Shown: positions 52,656 through 64,000 of the stretch, in pieces
How the letters are laid out: each line of letters opens with the position of its first letter
How positions within the stretch are numbered: the first letter of the stretch is position 1
NCBI GenBank assembly: GCA_012295275.1
Contig: CM022668.1
Span: 15,686,001-15,750,000, forward strand
Origin: Chrysomallon squamiferum
Lineage: Eukaryota > Animalia > Mollusca
DNA length: 64,000 bases
Direction: 5' to 3'
The notes under the pieces: generated by a model
The model's database searches: none
Seen by the model: the letters and a program-made list of their open reading frames with translations, nothing else
Told to the model about the DNA's origin: nothing
Made by a program: the position numbers and the translations under genes

Positions 52656-53454
52656 TATATATACAACATGATCAACTTAGCATCATGTTTAGAAACAGAC
52701 AGTCGAAATTGTGTCTCAGTCCCTGACCAAACCGGATGTTCAGATTCCAACTGGGGACCCGGATGTATGTTTACTTCCGGCGGTCCCCTTTATTCGAAAC
52801 GTCGCATTGTATCCCTTGGAAGCAGTGGCAGAAAACGAAATGAGCGGATCAGGCCTGAAGGAATCTGTTGTTTGATAACAAATAATCAATATATTTCAGC
52901 AGTAAATAGAATCAATAATGCACAAAGGGGCGTTCAGATCAGTACAAGAGAATGTTATTATTGCGTTTGATGTCACGATAGCGTTAAAAAACAAAGTCAT
53001 CAGTCCGCCTCTCTGTTTGTCTGTTCATCCATCACTTCTTGACATTTCTTCCTACTTCCTTACCTACCTACCTACATACCTACCTACCTGTCTACTTACC
53101 TACCTACCTACCTGTCTACTTACCTAACTACCCACCTACCTACTTGTCAGCATGTTCCCTTTCAAGATACCTATTTACCTCTCACTGTGTACTTATATGT
53201 ACACAACGTGAAGTTGTATGACATATAAAATAACATAATGTAACAGAGTAAAATAATAACACAAATAACATGATGTAATTTAACGCAGTGTAACAGAAAA
53301 TAAGGTTACGCAACATACTGTCGTATAAAATAACGTTGCTTATAACGCAATGTAAAATAACATGAGATAGAGCAATGCAAATATAGTATTAGGTAACGTA
53401 ACGTAAACGTAATGCAGTGTAACGTAACATATTTTATTTACTTTATTATTATTA

Positions 53455-53499
<45 letters not shown>

Positions 53500-53720
53500 T
53501 TTATTTTTTACAGGTGTTTGTCCTCTTTCTGAAGGTTTTATCTTCATGGAAGATCTGCAGTTGTGCTTCAAAGTCCACAAAACTGAGAAAAAGTTCATCG
53601 AGTCACGTGACATTTGCAACCAATCAAGTTCTCGATTGATTGTATTGGACACTAACGACAAAAACACGGCAGTCCTTGACTATGTAACAGAGCAGGGTGG
53701 TAAAGAACGTTATTATTATT

Positions 53721-53763
<43 letters not shown>

Positions 53764-53776
53764 TATTGTTGTTATT

Positions 53777-53810
<34 letters not shown>

Positions 53811-53850
53811 GGTTGTTGTTGTTGTGGTAGTTGTTGTTGTTCTTTTTTTG

Positions 53851-53882
<32 letters not shown>

Positions 53883-54009
53883 GTTATTATTATTAGTAGT
53901 AGTAGTTGTAGTAGTAGTAGTAGTAGTCGTAGCTTTTTGTTGTTGTTGTGGTAGTTGTTGTTGTTGTGGTAGTTGTTCTTGTTCTTTTTGTTGTTGTTGT
54001 TATTATTAT

Positions 54010-54049
<40 letters not shown>

Positions 54050-54331
54050 CGTAGTAGTAAAGCTTTTGTTGTTATTATTATTGTCCTACTAATATGGCTG
54101 TCTAATGTTACAGACATAAACGCTTACACTATTGGTTTGACTGACAAGGCACAAAACGGAAAGTTTGTCTGGGAAAATGGTCAAGCTGTAGATTTCACGT
54201 CTTGGTCAGCAGAGGGACCAAACTCTGGCCAGGGAACGGACGGCTGTGCTCTCCTGTCCTTGACCGAACGCGCGTGGATGTACGCGCCTTGCGACAACAT
54301 GTTCGCATTTATCTGTGAAAAGATCCTGTGA
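50812..54331 (+). CDS. Secreted PAN/apple domain + C-type lectin-like domain protein (4 exons, about 237 aa)
   Basis: Exons 50812-50873 (signal peptide MDCSYLVWFVVILSCCQSNA), 51954-52201 (PAN: CAKRC...CKSLSY...CRL), 53514-53699 and 54114-54331 (CTLD: CP-GF...CFK...SRDIC...IGLTD...FVWENG...W...GC...W...PC...FICE). Phases 2/1/1 are all consistent; AATAAA at about 54365. Confidence 0.85.
51253..51334 (-). tRNA. tRNA-Ser (anticodon UGA), copy 2, isodecoder; lies in lectin intron 1
   Basis: Reverse complement of copy 1 except for the anticodon stem ATGGA/TCCAT. Confidence 0.97.
51954..52201 (+). CDS. PAN/apple domain exon
   Basis: C-x3-C-x5-C-x8-C-x-L pattern; gcag/gtaact. Confidence 0.85.
52717..52857. 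mobile_element. Possible MITE remnant in lectin intron 2
   Basis: GC-rich island with imperfect ends cagtccctga/tcaggcctg and an internal hairpin ggggacc(c)cgga...tccgg(c)ggtcccc at 52753-52788. Confidence 0.3.
53514..53699 (+). CDS. C-type lectin domain exon (N-half)
   Basis: VCPLSEGFIFMEDLQLCFKVH...ICNQSSSRLIVLD. Confidence 0.88.
54114..54331 (+). CDS. C-type lectin domain exon (C-half)
   Basis: IGLTD...FVWENG...FAFICEKIL*. Confidence 0.9.
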
Positions 54332-54420
54332 TTTCACAAACACGTGTGTTTGGTGACGGTTCAGAATAAAGCTAAGATTGCACTAAGTCGGCTAGCGGCA
54401 TTCTCGTGTTTTCTGGCATT

Positions 54421-54451
<31 letters not shown>

Positions 54452-54676
54452 CTCACTTACATACTTACTTACTTGATTATTTTACGCTAATACTGGAGTA
54501 TTGTTGTGTTGTTGTTGTTGTTTTTTGTTTGTTTTTTATGTTACTGTGACTGGAATGTATTGAAATATTAAAAGCAATACTGACACAATTTTCAAGTTCT
54601 CAACAATAAATATATTTTAAAATCCTAATATTCCTTTCTCTTATCTTTTTATAATGCATAGATTAGAAGTTAAATT

Positions 54677-54729
<53 letters not shown>

Positions 54730-54790
54730 CTCAAGGACTTCATCATACTGTTTATAATCCAAACGTATTGTTGCTTTATTTAAAACAGCA

Positions 54791-54872
54791 GCTGTGATGG
54801 CCGAGTGGTTAAGGCGTTGGACTTGAAATCCAATGGGATCTTCCCGCGTAGGTTCGAACCCTGCTCGCAGCG
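54791..54872 (+). tRNA. tRNA-Ser (anticodon UGA), copy 3
   Basis: As copy 1 with one C>T in the T-stem (GTAGG, giving a G-U pair). Confidence 0.96.
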
Positions 54873-54913
54873 AATATTTTTATTTTTGTCTCTTTTTTTC
54901 TTCCTTTCATTTA

Positions 54914-54957
<44 letters not shown>

Positions 54958-55175
54958 TCATCATCATCATCATCATAATTTCAAATGGTACATATTAATT
55001 AATGTATTACTAAATAGATAAAACAATAATAATTTATTTTTTATAAAAAAAAAAAAAAAAAAACAACCAAAAAACCCCACTGGTTGCTATAATGATTGAA
55101 TTACGTTTATCATCGAAAACAGTTTTAAATTCAGCTGTTGATCAAACTAAAACAGAACGTGTAATAATTACAACA

Positions 55176-55257
55176 GCTGTGATGGCCGAGTGGTTAAGGC
55201 GTTGGACTTGAAATCCAATGGGATCTTCCCGCGCAGGTTCGAACCCTGCTCGCAGCG
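55176..55257 (+). tRNA. tRNA-Ser (anticodon UGA), copy 4
   Basis: Identical to copy 1; T-run terminator follows. Confidence 0.97.
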
Positions 55258-55301
55258 AATACTTTTTTATGAATTTTTTTTTTTTTGTTAAATTATTTTT
55301 A

Positions 55302-55345
<44 letters not shown>

Positions 55346-55597
55346 TTTTTTTTTTTTTTTTTTTTTTTTTTTAGTCATTTATTTATTTTGTATTGATCTA
55401 AATCTGTTTGAATTACAGTTCACTTAAGTATGGATATGGTTATAGATTTAACTCAAAATTAAATTGCCTGATTAAAAACGTATAAAATAAAAATAACCCT
55501 TTTTTCTGACTAGTCAGCTTTCGTAACAGATTTGTAGCTTAGATCAAAACACTGCCAGTTTGTGTCTGATGTGTCTCTTACTATGTGCGTTTAGTAT

Positions 55598-55639
55598 GAG
55601 ACAGAGAGACAGGGAGACGGAGGGAGAGAGAGACAGAGG

Positions 55640-55671
<32 letters not shown>

Positions 55672-55692
55672 CAGGGAGACAGGGGAGAGAGA

Positions 55693-55788
<96 letters not shown>

Positions 55789-55823
55789 AGAGAGAGAGAG
55801 CGAGAGAGATGAAGAGAGAGAGA

Positions 55824-55887
<64 letters not shown>

Positions 55888-55910
55888 GAGAGAGATGAAG
55901 AGAGAGAGAG
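55598..55910. repeat. About 310-bp (GA)n-type polypurine tract
   Basis: Read directly from the sequence. Confidence 0.95.
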
Positions 55911-55986
55911 TATAATATTTATATGCATGCACATGATATACATGAACATACATGCATGCATGCATACTTGCATATACATACATACA

Positions 55987-56020
<34 letters not shown>

Positions 56021-56357
56021 CACACATATACACACACGCATACATATACATACATGGACAACCACACCAACATACAATATGGAAACAGTAATATTAACAA
56101 ACTATTATGCAGACCTTTAATTATTTATTACATTAATGCACTTATATTTCAAAGCACTGCTTATACACAGCTTAACAAAATGTTAGCTTTAAAACAACCA
56201 GCAAACATGTATTTAAAATAAAAACGATTATAATTAGTAAGTATAAAATCATCTTATTACTTATATCTGTCTGTTTGTCCGTCTATCTATCTGTATAATA
56301 TTAAAAAGATGTCTTACAGATTTCATACGTAAATATAAACATATATGTATTAATATT

Positions 56358-56413
<56 letters not shown>

Positions 56414-56537
56414 AAAGCACATAATATGAAGATATATTCGTTTTTGCTACAATTTCCTATGGTATATGTGTGCCCTGGAAATTGTTGGGCTAACATAACA
56501 TAAAACAAATATTACAATATGAAGAAATAAAGTGTAA

Positions 56538-56580
<43 letters not shown>

Positions 56581-56975
56581 GTGTGTTATATGCATACTGA
56601 GACAAAATTAATTCATATAAAAACAAATGAAGTTTATCAACTATTTAGCTTTATACAAATAATTTATGTACCAAATATTTTAATCAACTTAAATTAGAAA
56701 TGAGTTTTAAAAAAAAGATTTCTCTCAGTTTTGTTTTTGTCTTTTGTCAAGTTTAAAAAAGAACGAATTATTTTCCAATAAACTGAGACAAGAAAAACTT
56801 GTACATTATATATAATTTCCGCATCACTCATTTTCTTTCCTTATTCTTCTTCAATTTTTTTTATTTTTTTTCATTTTCATTTAAAAAAAAAAAAAAAAAA
56901 AAAAAATAGTAAATAACTGTTTTATAAAAAATATCAGTCACAGCAACCTTTTTTTTTTTTTTATTCCAAATCTAT

Positions 56976-59321
56976 TCATTCTGGGAAATATGGCGAGGAT
57001 TTACCAAAATTAATATTAACTGCACCTTCTTCTTCTTCTTCTTCTTGTTGCATTTCGAAGAGAAATCCAGCGCTTTGCTCCATAACATTGAAACCTTTTT
57101 GTATTAGCAGTCGTTTGGGTATGTTCACTTTCAGCATCTTAAACATTGCCATTGGAATAGGCAGTGTTTCATACAATGTCTTCGAGGACCTCTTGAGAAG
57201 ATCAACTTCGGTGATGTGGTCTGTGAGGCTTCCATCCTTCGTTTCACCGCCGATTATCCTCAGTGTGTCTTCGTGCAGGTAGGCTCCGAATCCCGTCTTA
57301 TTCATGTCCGCGACGCGCAGGATCTCTTTGACCTCTTTGTCCGCGGGCGAAAAATGAAGTATCTGACCTTGAGGGCAGACTATGTAGATTGCAGACGTCG
57401 AGGTGAAGGCCACTGTGTTGGATGCGGGATGCGGGAGGCTGCCAAAGATGGTGCACGTCCCGGTAACCGTGTCGAAACTCTGAATGCTCGACGAGGCGTT
57501 CCCTGACTCCGCGGTTCCTCCGAACGTGAAAATGACGTCGTTGACGACGGTCGCCGACAGAAGTTCAACTGCAGTCTGCAGCCGACCCGCTTTGGCCCAC
57601 ACTCCTCTGTTTGTGTCGTACGATTCAACATCGACGGGCAGCTTGGATCCCCTTTTCAGACCCGGGCAACTTCCTCCAAGGATGTAGATGACGTCGTTGA
57701 CAGCGACCATGGCGTGGCATTCCCTTCCAGTGATCAGAGAGGGCTGCGCGTACCACTCGTTCTCCACGGGACTGTACTTCATGAATTTGTCCATGTGCCG
57801 GGAACCTCCGCTGACGTAAACCTCGTTCTTCAGGCAGCAGGCGGCGAAGTCGTAGCCGGGTTCGTAAGGCATGGATGCCAGCGAGAACCACTCGGGTTTG
57901 TGCAGCGTGTAGCAGAAGACGCACGTCAGTGGTTGGTCCTCGACGAAGCACCCTCCCATGAGAAGGACCACTCTGGACACTTTGTCTTTATTCCGAATCG
58001 TCGGCTGTCTGAACATTATCGCTTCCCTCTGGTCATTCTTCAGGTGGTAGCCGATGGCCTCCTTCACTCGTTCTGCAAATATTTTGTTGGATGTCATCAA
58101 CTCGTCCTTGAAGAGGGTGTCGAAAAGGTAAGGGCCACTGACGTTTGGCAGGCAGATGAGATCCAGCAACACAGGCAGGTGCGACTCGCGGTTTGGACGG
58201 TCGTGTTTGATCCAGCGGATGACCGTGTCGCAGATGACGTCCTCGGCGGACACGGGAAGATCTTCAGCCGTGAGGACCAGGACCAGATCGTCCCTGTCCA
58301 GAGACATTATGTCTTCCGACCGGCTGACTTGGTGGAACTCCTTCACGATGACCCCCCACGCCTTCTTTATCAGAGACCGCAGCTCGTACGTCTGTCCCAG
58401 CTTCCACATCCTCAGCGCGTTCTTCGGATTCACGCTGTCGTAGAGGAACTGCACGCACTGCTTCTCCAGGATGTGTATCTGCAGGTACACGGCCGCGTCG
58501 AGAAGCTTGTTGACCGCGCGGGCCGTCACCACGTTGCGACCTTCGTAGACGACGGCGAGGACCTTCGAGAAGACGCGCGGCGAGATCCTCTCCATGGTGA
58601 CCACGCCGTTGGTGGACTCGCTCATCTCGGACATGAACAGGGATCGGAAGAATCCGGACACGGCCGCCAGGACGATCCTGTGACACCTGAACTCTCGGTT
58701 CTTAATTCTCACTGTCAGGTCGCACAGTTCCCCGTCCTCAAACAGCCGCTGAATGCCTGAATGCAGAATGCTACACACCTGAAGAGCAAACTGTGGATCA
58801 TCTGTTTCATCACGAGAAGAGTCGGAATCGTCATCAGACTCGGCGACCTCCTCCTCCCTCCCTCCTCCTGCTCCTCTTCTTGCTCCTCCTCTTGCTCCTC
58901 CTCCTGCTCCTCTTGCTCCTCCTCCTGCACCTGCTCCTCCTCTACTGACCTACGTTCATCTCTTTCCTCATCTTCAAACATCCCCCACAGCTTTTCGTAG
59001 TCAGGCACTTTAAAGGGTTTTTCATTTTGTCTTTGATCACCCACAGTCAGGGGGTTTTCATCATCACTCAGGGAATTTACATCATCAACCTCATCATCGG
59101 CTCTTGCTCGAAAGAATTCTGATTCTTCATCGGCTTTATCCTGTGAAATAAGCACGTCATTTGATTCTTGGTCATCTGTTGTATGGTCCACAGTCTTACT
59201 GGCCTTTTGAAGACCTTCTTTTTCATATCCCTTATATTCAGTGAGTCTCACGAAACTACTTGCTTCATCTTCATTCTTATGTAGGACTTCATTTTTCATC
59301 TCTTCAGGTTTCGGAATAACA
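56976..59321 (-). CDS. Kelch-like protein main exon (2346 nt; +2 frameshift near 58855-58862)
   Basis: Track ORFs 56976-58778 and 58715-59299 join into one frame if two extra bases in the GAG repeat are removed. Confidence 0.92.
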
Positions 59322-59770
59322 CTAAATCAATAAAAAAAAATATATATATATTTAGAAAATGAAATAGAATAGGTGAAACAATATAATTATAATACATACA
59401 TACCTACCTACATAACATACACACACATATAGATATATACATACATACAAAGAAACATACATATATAATAAACACACACACACACATACATACATACATA
59501 CATACATACCTACATAGCATACACACACATATAGATAGATATATACATACAAAGAAACATACATACATACATACATACATATATAATAAACACACCCACA
59601 TACATACATACATACATACAAACATACGTACATTCATACATCCATACATATAAACACACAAACTCACAAACACATATATCCACACATATACATATATACA
59701 TACATGTGTATGTGTGCATTTATTTATATATGTGCACTATTTATATATAAAATGAAGACAAAACACATGC

Positions 59771-59805
<35 letters not shown>

Positions 59806-60009
59806 TATTTATAAAGTAACAGAAAATAAATTTACAAAAAAACTTTTTCTTACAAGTTTGGAACTGGAATATCTTCAGGCTCACAATCCACCTCAAACTC
59901 TAAACTGAATAATAAATTTAAAAAATGTTTCATTATTATCTTCATATGCGGAGCAAACATATGTTTACTGTAATTATTCAGAATATATATTTTGTGTGTA
60001 TGTAAGAAG

Positions 60010-60070
<61 letters not shown>

Positions 60071-60261
60071 CCTTAGAATCTGAATTTTTGGATCAAAATG
60101 AATTTTAAATAAAAAACAAATTTGACTATGCATGTAAGTAGATATATCCATGAATTTGTTTGCATGATAATGTATGTTGTGTATGTGTATCTGTGTGTGT
60201 GTGTCTGTGTCTGTGAAATAGGTGAATGTGCATGCGCATGCATCTGTCTATATGTTTGCAT

Positions 60262-60294
<33 letters not shown>

Positions 60295-61703
60295 TCAGTG
60301 GTGTAGGTGGGTGGGGCACATGGGCGGTTACCCTGGGCACAGAATTCATAGACTGACTACTGGACTAGTGGAGAGGGGCTCAGGGATGGGAAATTTCCAC
60401 GGGTTAGGGATACTGCCTTGCCCCTAGTATTGGCAACCAACACTATGTCTGTGTGTGCATCTGTGCGTACATACACCTGTGAGTGTTTGCATGTATGTGT
60501 CTTTATGTCTGTATGTGTTTATATGTCTGTTAATGCATATGTGTCTTTATGTGTGTGTGTGTTTATATGTGTGTATGTATGTGTCTTTATGTCTGTATGT
60601 GTTTATATGTCTGTTAATGTATATGTGTCTTTGTGTGTGTGTGTTTATGTGTGTGTATGTATGTGTCTTTATGTCTGTATGTGAGTCTGTTAATGTATAT
60701 GTTTTTATGTGTGTGTGTCTGTGTCTTTATGTGTGTGTGTGTGTATATGTCTGTCTATGTGTGTGTGTGTGTTTTTATAATGTCTTTGAGAGTGTGTTTG
60801 TGAGTGTGTGTTTGTGAGTCTGTGTTTGTGAGTGTGTGTCTGTGTGTGTGTTTGTGAGTGTGTGTTTGTGAGAGTGTGTTTGTGAGTGTGTGTTTGTGAG
60901 TGTGTGTATGTGAGTGTGTGTTTGTGAGTCTGTGTTTGTGAGTGTGTGTCTATGTGTGTGTGTGGTTTTCACAATATTTACCTGACAGGTACGAGGTCAT
61001 TCAATGAAGAGTTAGGTGTTTCAGAACCTGTTTACAAAAGTAAACTTTGCTTTTATAAACAAATGATCATTGAATAAAAAAAAAAAAAAAAATTTAAAAG
61101 TAATTTTTAAACTTTTTGACCATATTACACAAAAATTAAATTAATTAATTTTTTTTTTTTTTTAAACCCAAAAATTTAAAATTAAAAAAAATTATAAATT
61201 AAAAAATTTTTTAAAATAGAAAGATAGAAAATTTAATTTAAACTAAACATATTTCTTGAAATAAATTTATTTTGATAGACCAATAACTTATAATTAATCC
61301 AAAGGACATAATAATGTTGTTTATGTAAGATCCTTTTCCATTTCTTACAATATTTCTTAATGTGTTGGTACAAATAATGTTCTAATAAAATGAATTGTAT
61401 TTCCAAAATGTTTATTTTATTGTCCTTGTCAACTAATCTTTACTAACATTAAAGCAGGAAATTAAAATAATACATAACAATAGCACTGTGGTATGCTTTG
61501 TAAGTGGAGCTATAGCATCACAAATACATGGCAGCCAGATAGCTGTATTTGATGAGATGATGTTGCACTTGAGAAAAATGCCACACACAGATATTTTTTA
61601 GTTGTATTCATTTGTTTATATACTACACTATTAATTTAGATTATTAACAAAAAATAAATAAATAAATAAATAATGATAATAATGATAATAATATAAACAA
61701 ATA

Positions 61704-61736
<33 letters not shown>

Positions 61737-62458
61737 GTAACAACAACAACAGTGATGATAATAATCATCATCAATGTTTATACTGTGTTGTCCTTTAGGT
61801 CCCTAGCATTACAGGGAGACAACTACACAGGCAAACCCAATACATAAGTAAGTAAGTAAGTAAGTTAGTAACTAAGTATGTAAGTAACTAACTAAGTAAG
61901 TAAGTAGTAAATAAGTAACTAAGCAAATAAGTAAGCAAGTAAATAGTAAATAAGTAACTTTGTAAAAAAGTAAGCAAGAAAATAGTAAGTAAGTAAATAA
62001 GTAAGTCACTAACTAAGGAAGTAAATAAGCAAGTAATTAAGTAAGAAGGTTTATAAATAAATAAATAAAACATAACTTGGATAATAGTAATAATAATAAT
62101 AATAGTAATAGAAATAATAATTATAATAGTAATAATTAAATAAATAAACAGACTATAACTTCAAAGAATGCAGAACATATTTACTGTTTTCTTTGTATCA
62201 TCAGAGGTACACTTTAACTGTTTGTAATTTGTTGTAACAGTATGCTGGTTATAGTTACATCTCAGATATGTTCAAGTATTGGTTAATTCAAAGCCACTAC
62301 AAGTATTTGATCCCAGAACCTAATATTCTTAACTGCTTAAACAGATATTTACCTCCTCTTGTTAGGCCAACCACTCTTGGTTGAACATCATTACCATCAC
62401 ACTCACTTTGAAAGGAAATAAACAAATAAAACTACAGTAACAGTTCTGGAAACAATCT

Positions 62459-62502
<44 letters not shown>

Positions 62503-62869
62503 TAATAGTTTTCAATTCTTCAAGATCTTGTAAATAAAGTGATAACTGGAAAAGCTTATTTCTAATTAGGCAGTTTCTACATATGCCATTTTTAATTTAA
62601 CATTTCTGATTTCTATTTATTTTAACTTCGAAGAATATTTTTATTTTAATCTTAATATTTTTCTAACGAGGAAGCTGAGAAACAGGAAATAGAAATTACA
62701 TGTGAAACCGCAAGGTAAAATAGACAAAAAAATAACAACAGCATTCCGAAAATCAGAAGACAGCGAAAACAGATTGAACTTAATTAATTTTAATCTTTTT
62801 ATGCCTCGAATATAAACATGACATAATCTGTGTGACAGAGTTTACAGTTACTTACTCAAAATTCTCCAT
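56976..62869 (-). CDS. Kelch-like protein (acidic N-terminal extension + BTB + BACK + Kelch repeats), about 835 aa after frameshift correction
   Basis: Exons 62856-62869 (ATG GAG AAT TTT GA), 62353-62405, 60982-61027, 59854-59904 and 56976-59321; phases 2/1/2/2 fit. BTB: LCDLTVRIKNREFRCHRIVLAAVSGFFRSLF. BACK: EDVICDTVIRWIKHD. Kelch GG motifs: VYVSGG, IYILGG, IFTFGG. Confidence 0.88.
60296..60447. mobile_element. Possible degenerate CAGTGGCGTAG-type MITE in Kelch intron
   Basis: GC-rich 150-bp island starting cagtggtgtagg inside TG microsatellite; weak inverted match at the right end. Confidence 0.3.
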
Positions 62870-63597
62870 TTTGTTTCAAAGAAGATGTTGCCAGTAGCAA
62901 ATGTGACAGTTACAAGATTTCTACGACGAGGGAAAAATGTTCCTGGTATTATTACTTTCGGTTTCATACCACGGGACGTTATTCTGCTGTTGACTTCGGT
63001 TAATTAGAGTTATTTCCCTTAGTCCATGAACTTCGTGAAAGTAACTATTTGCTTGCGTATTAATATAATTATGAACGTAAATATTGACTGTGTATGCTGA
63101 GAATTTTACAATTACGACGAAGATAAAGACCGATATACGGAAATAAGTCGGAAATGTGAATTTAGTTATCATCTATAAATTATTATCATATTTCGAATTT
63201 ATATGAACAACTACTATTACTATTAGCAACACTACTGTCAAAACTACTACTACTATTAATACTACTACTACCTATTACTGCTATTGCTGGTGCTACTAAT
63301 ATACGACTACTAATTTTTCTACTAAATCTACTAATATTACCATCACCAATTTTACTATTACTACTACTGCAAATTTTACTTCTATTACTTCTAGCAATAG
63401 TATTATATTAGAACTAATACTGTTGCTACTACGATTATGAATACCACTACTACGCTGATACTACCAGCACCACCACTACTACTGCTCCTGCAACTACTAC
63501 TACTACACATACTACTGCTGCTTCTGCCACTACTACTACTAGTGTTATTTCTATTTATTTATTTATTTATTTATTTATTTATGTATTTATTTATTTA

Positions 63598-63630
<33 letters not shown>

Positions 63631-63639
63631 TTTTTAAAT

Positions 63640-63960
63640 CCTAGACCATCGTAGTTTGCTCTGACTTGCATGCTTTCATCTCGAAGCTGGTTACTAAATA
63701 GTTACGTCACAACAATACTGTGACGTCAGCGCAGAAAGAATGGATGTCAGATTCTGGCAGCAATGTTTGACGGGGAGAGAAGCAGAATCCGAATCTACTT
63801 GAAAACTCACAGAGTGTCAGCGCTTTGGCTGCAATTACGTCCGTAACAAAACCATATGTTTCTACATGCCAGCGTTCAGCCTGCCACTTCGTCGTGTCTA
63901 ATTACAATAACTTTGACTAACATTTCATTCCGCGACATCCTGCCGAAATGGAGAGAATAA
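63640..63960. promoter_or_regulatory. CpG-rich element with paired CRE sites upstream of the Kelch gene
   Basis: TTACGTCAC at 63702 and TGACGTCA at 63721 form an 8-bp inverted repeat. Confidence 0.4.
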
Positions 63961-64000
63961 AAATGAAAAAAAAAAAAAAAAAAAAAAAAAATCTAGTGAA

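Noticed and set aside
48376-55257. tRNA-Sec, suppressor tRNA or tRNA-derived SINE interpretation
   Set aside because: Anticodon is TGA (reads UCA Ser), not TCA; 82-nt canonical Ser fold, intact terminators, no shared SINE body downstream
57714-58760. 348-aa plus-strand ORF and other ORFs overlapping the Kelch exon
   Set aside because: Antisense or off-frame shadows of a GC3-rich coding exon; no recognisable domain
63948-63965. ATGGAGAGAATAAAA resembling the start of a viral polymerase gene (MERIK)
   Set aside because: Only 15 nt, runs into poly-A; chance match

Overview
AT-rich, microsatellite-laden, intron-rich animal genomic DNA. It comes from an invertebrate with motile cilia and looks mollusc-like, but the taxon cannot be fixed from sequence alone. 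Four spliced protein genes were reconstructed by hand from GT-AG junctions and intron phases. (1) The 3' part of ARMC4/ODAD2 (+, 16 exons, 177-25330), including a 15.4 kb intron. (2) A CD63-type tetraspanin (-, 7 exons, 40665-46554). (3) A secreted PAN/apple + C-type-lectin-domain protein (+, 4 exons, 50812-54331). (4) A BTB-BACK-Kelch protein with an acidic N-terminus (-, four mini-exons plus one 2.3 kb exon, 56976-62869). Four tRNA-Ser(UGA) genes cluster at 48.4-55.3 kb, one of them inside a lectin intron. The ARMC4-CD63 intergenic region has a CpG-rich, CRE/E-box-rich stretch with no visible coding gene and an internally deleted FLYWCH-MULE transposon. Three of the four genes carry local frameshifts, most likely consensus errors. 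Most ORFs in the supplied track are microsatellite artefacts. I found no clearly novel biological system. The best leads are the intronic RFX X-box/CCAAT module, the orphan CRE-rich promoter-like region, and the inverted tRNA-Ser duplication bracketing the lectin exons.
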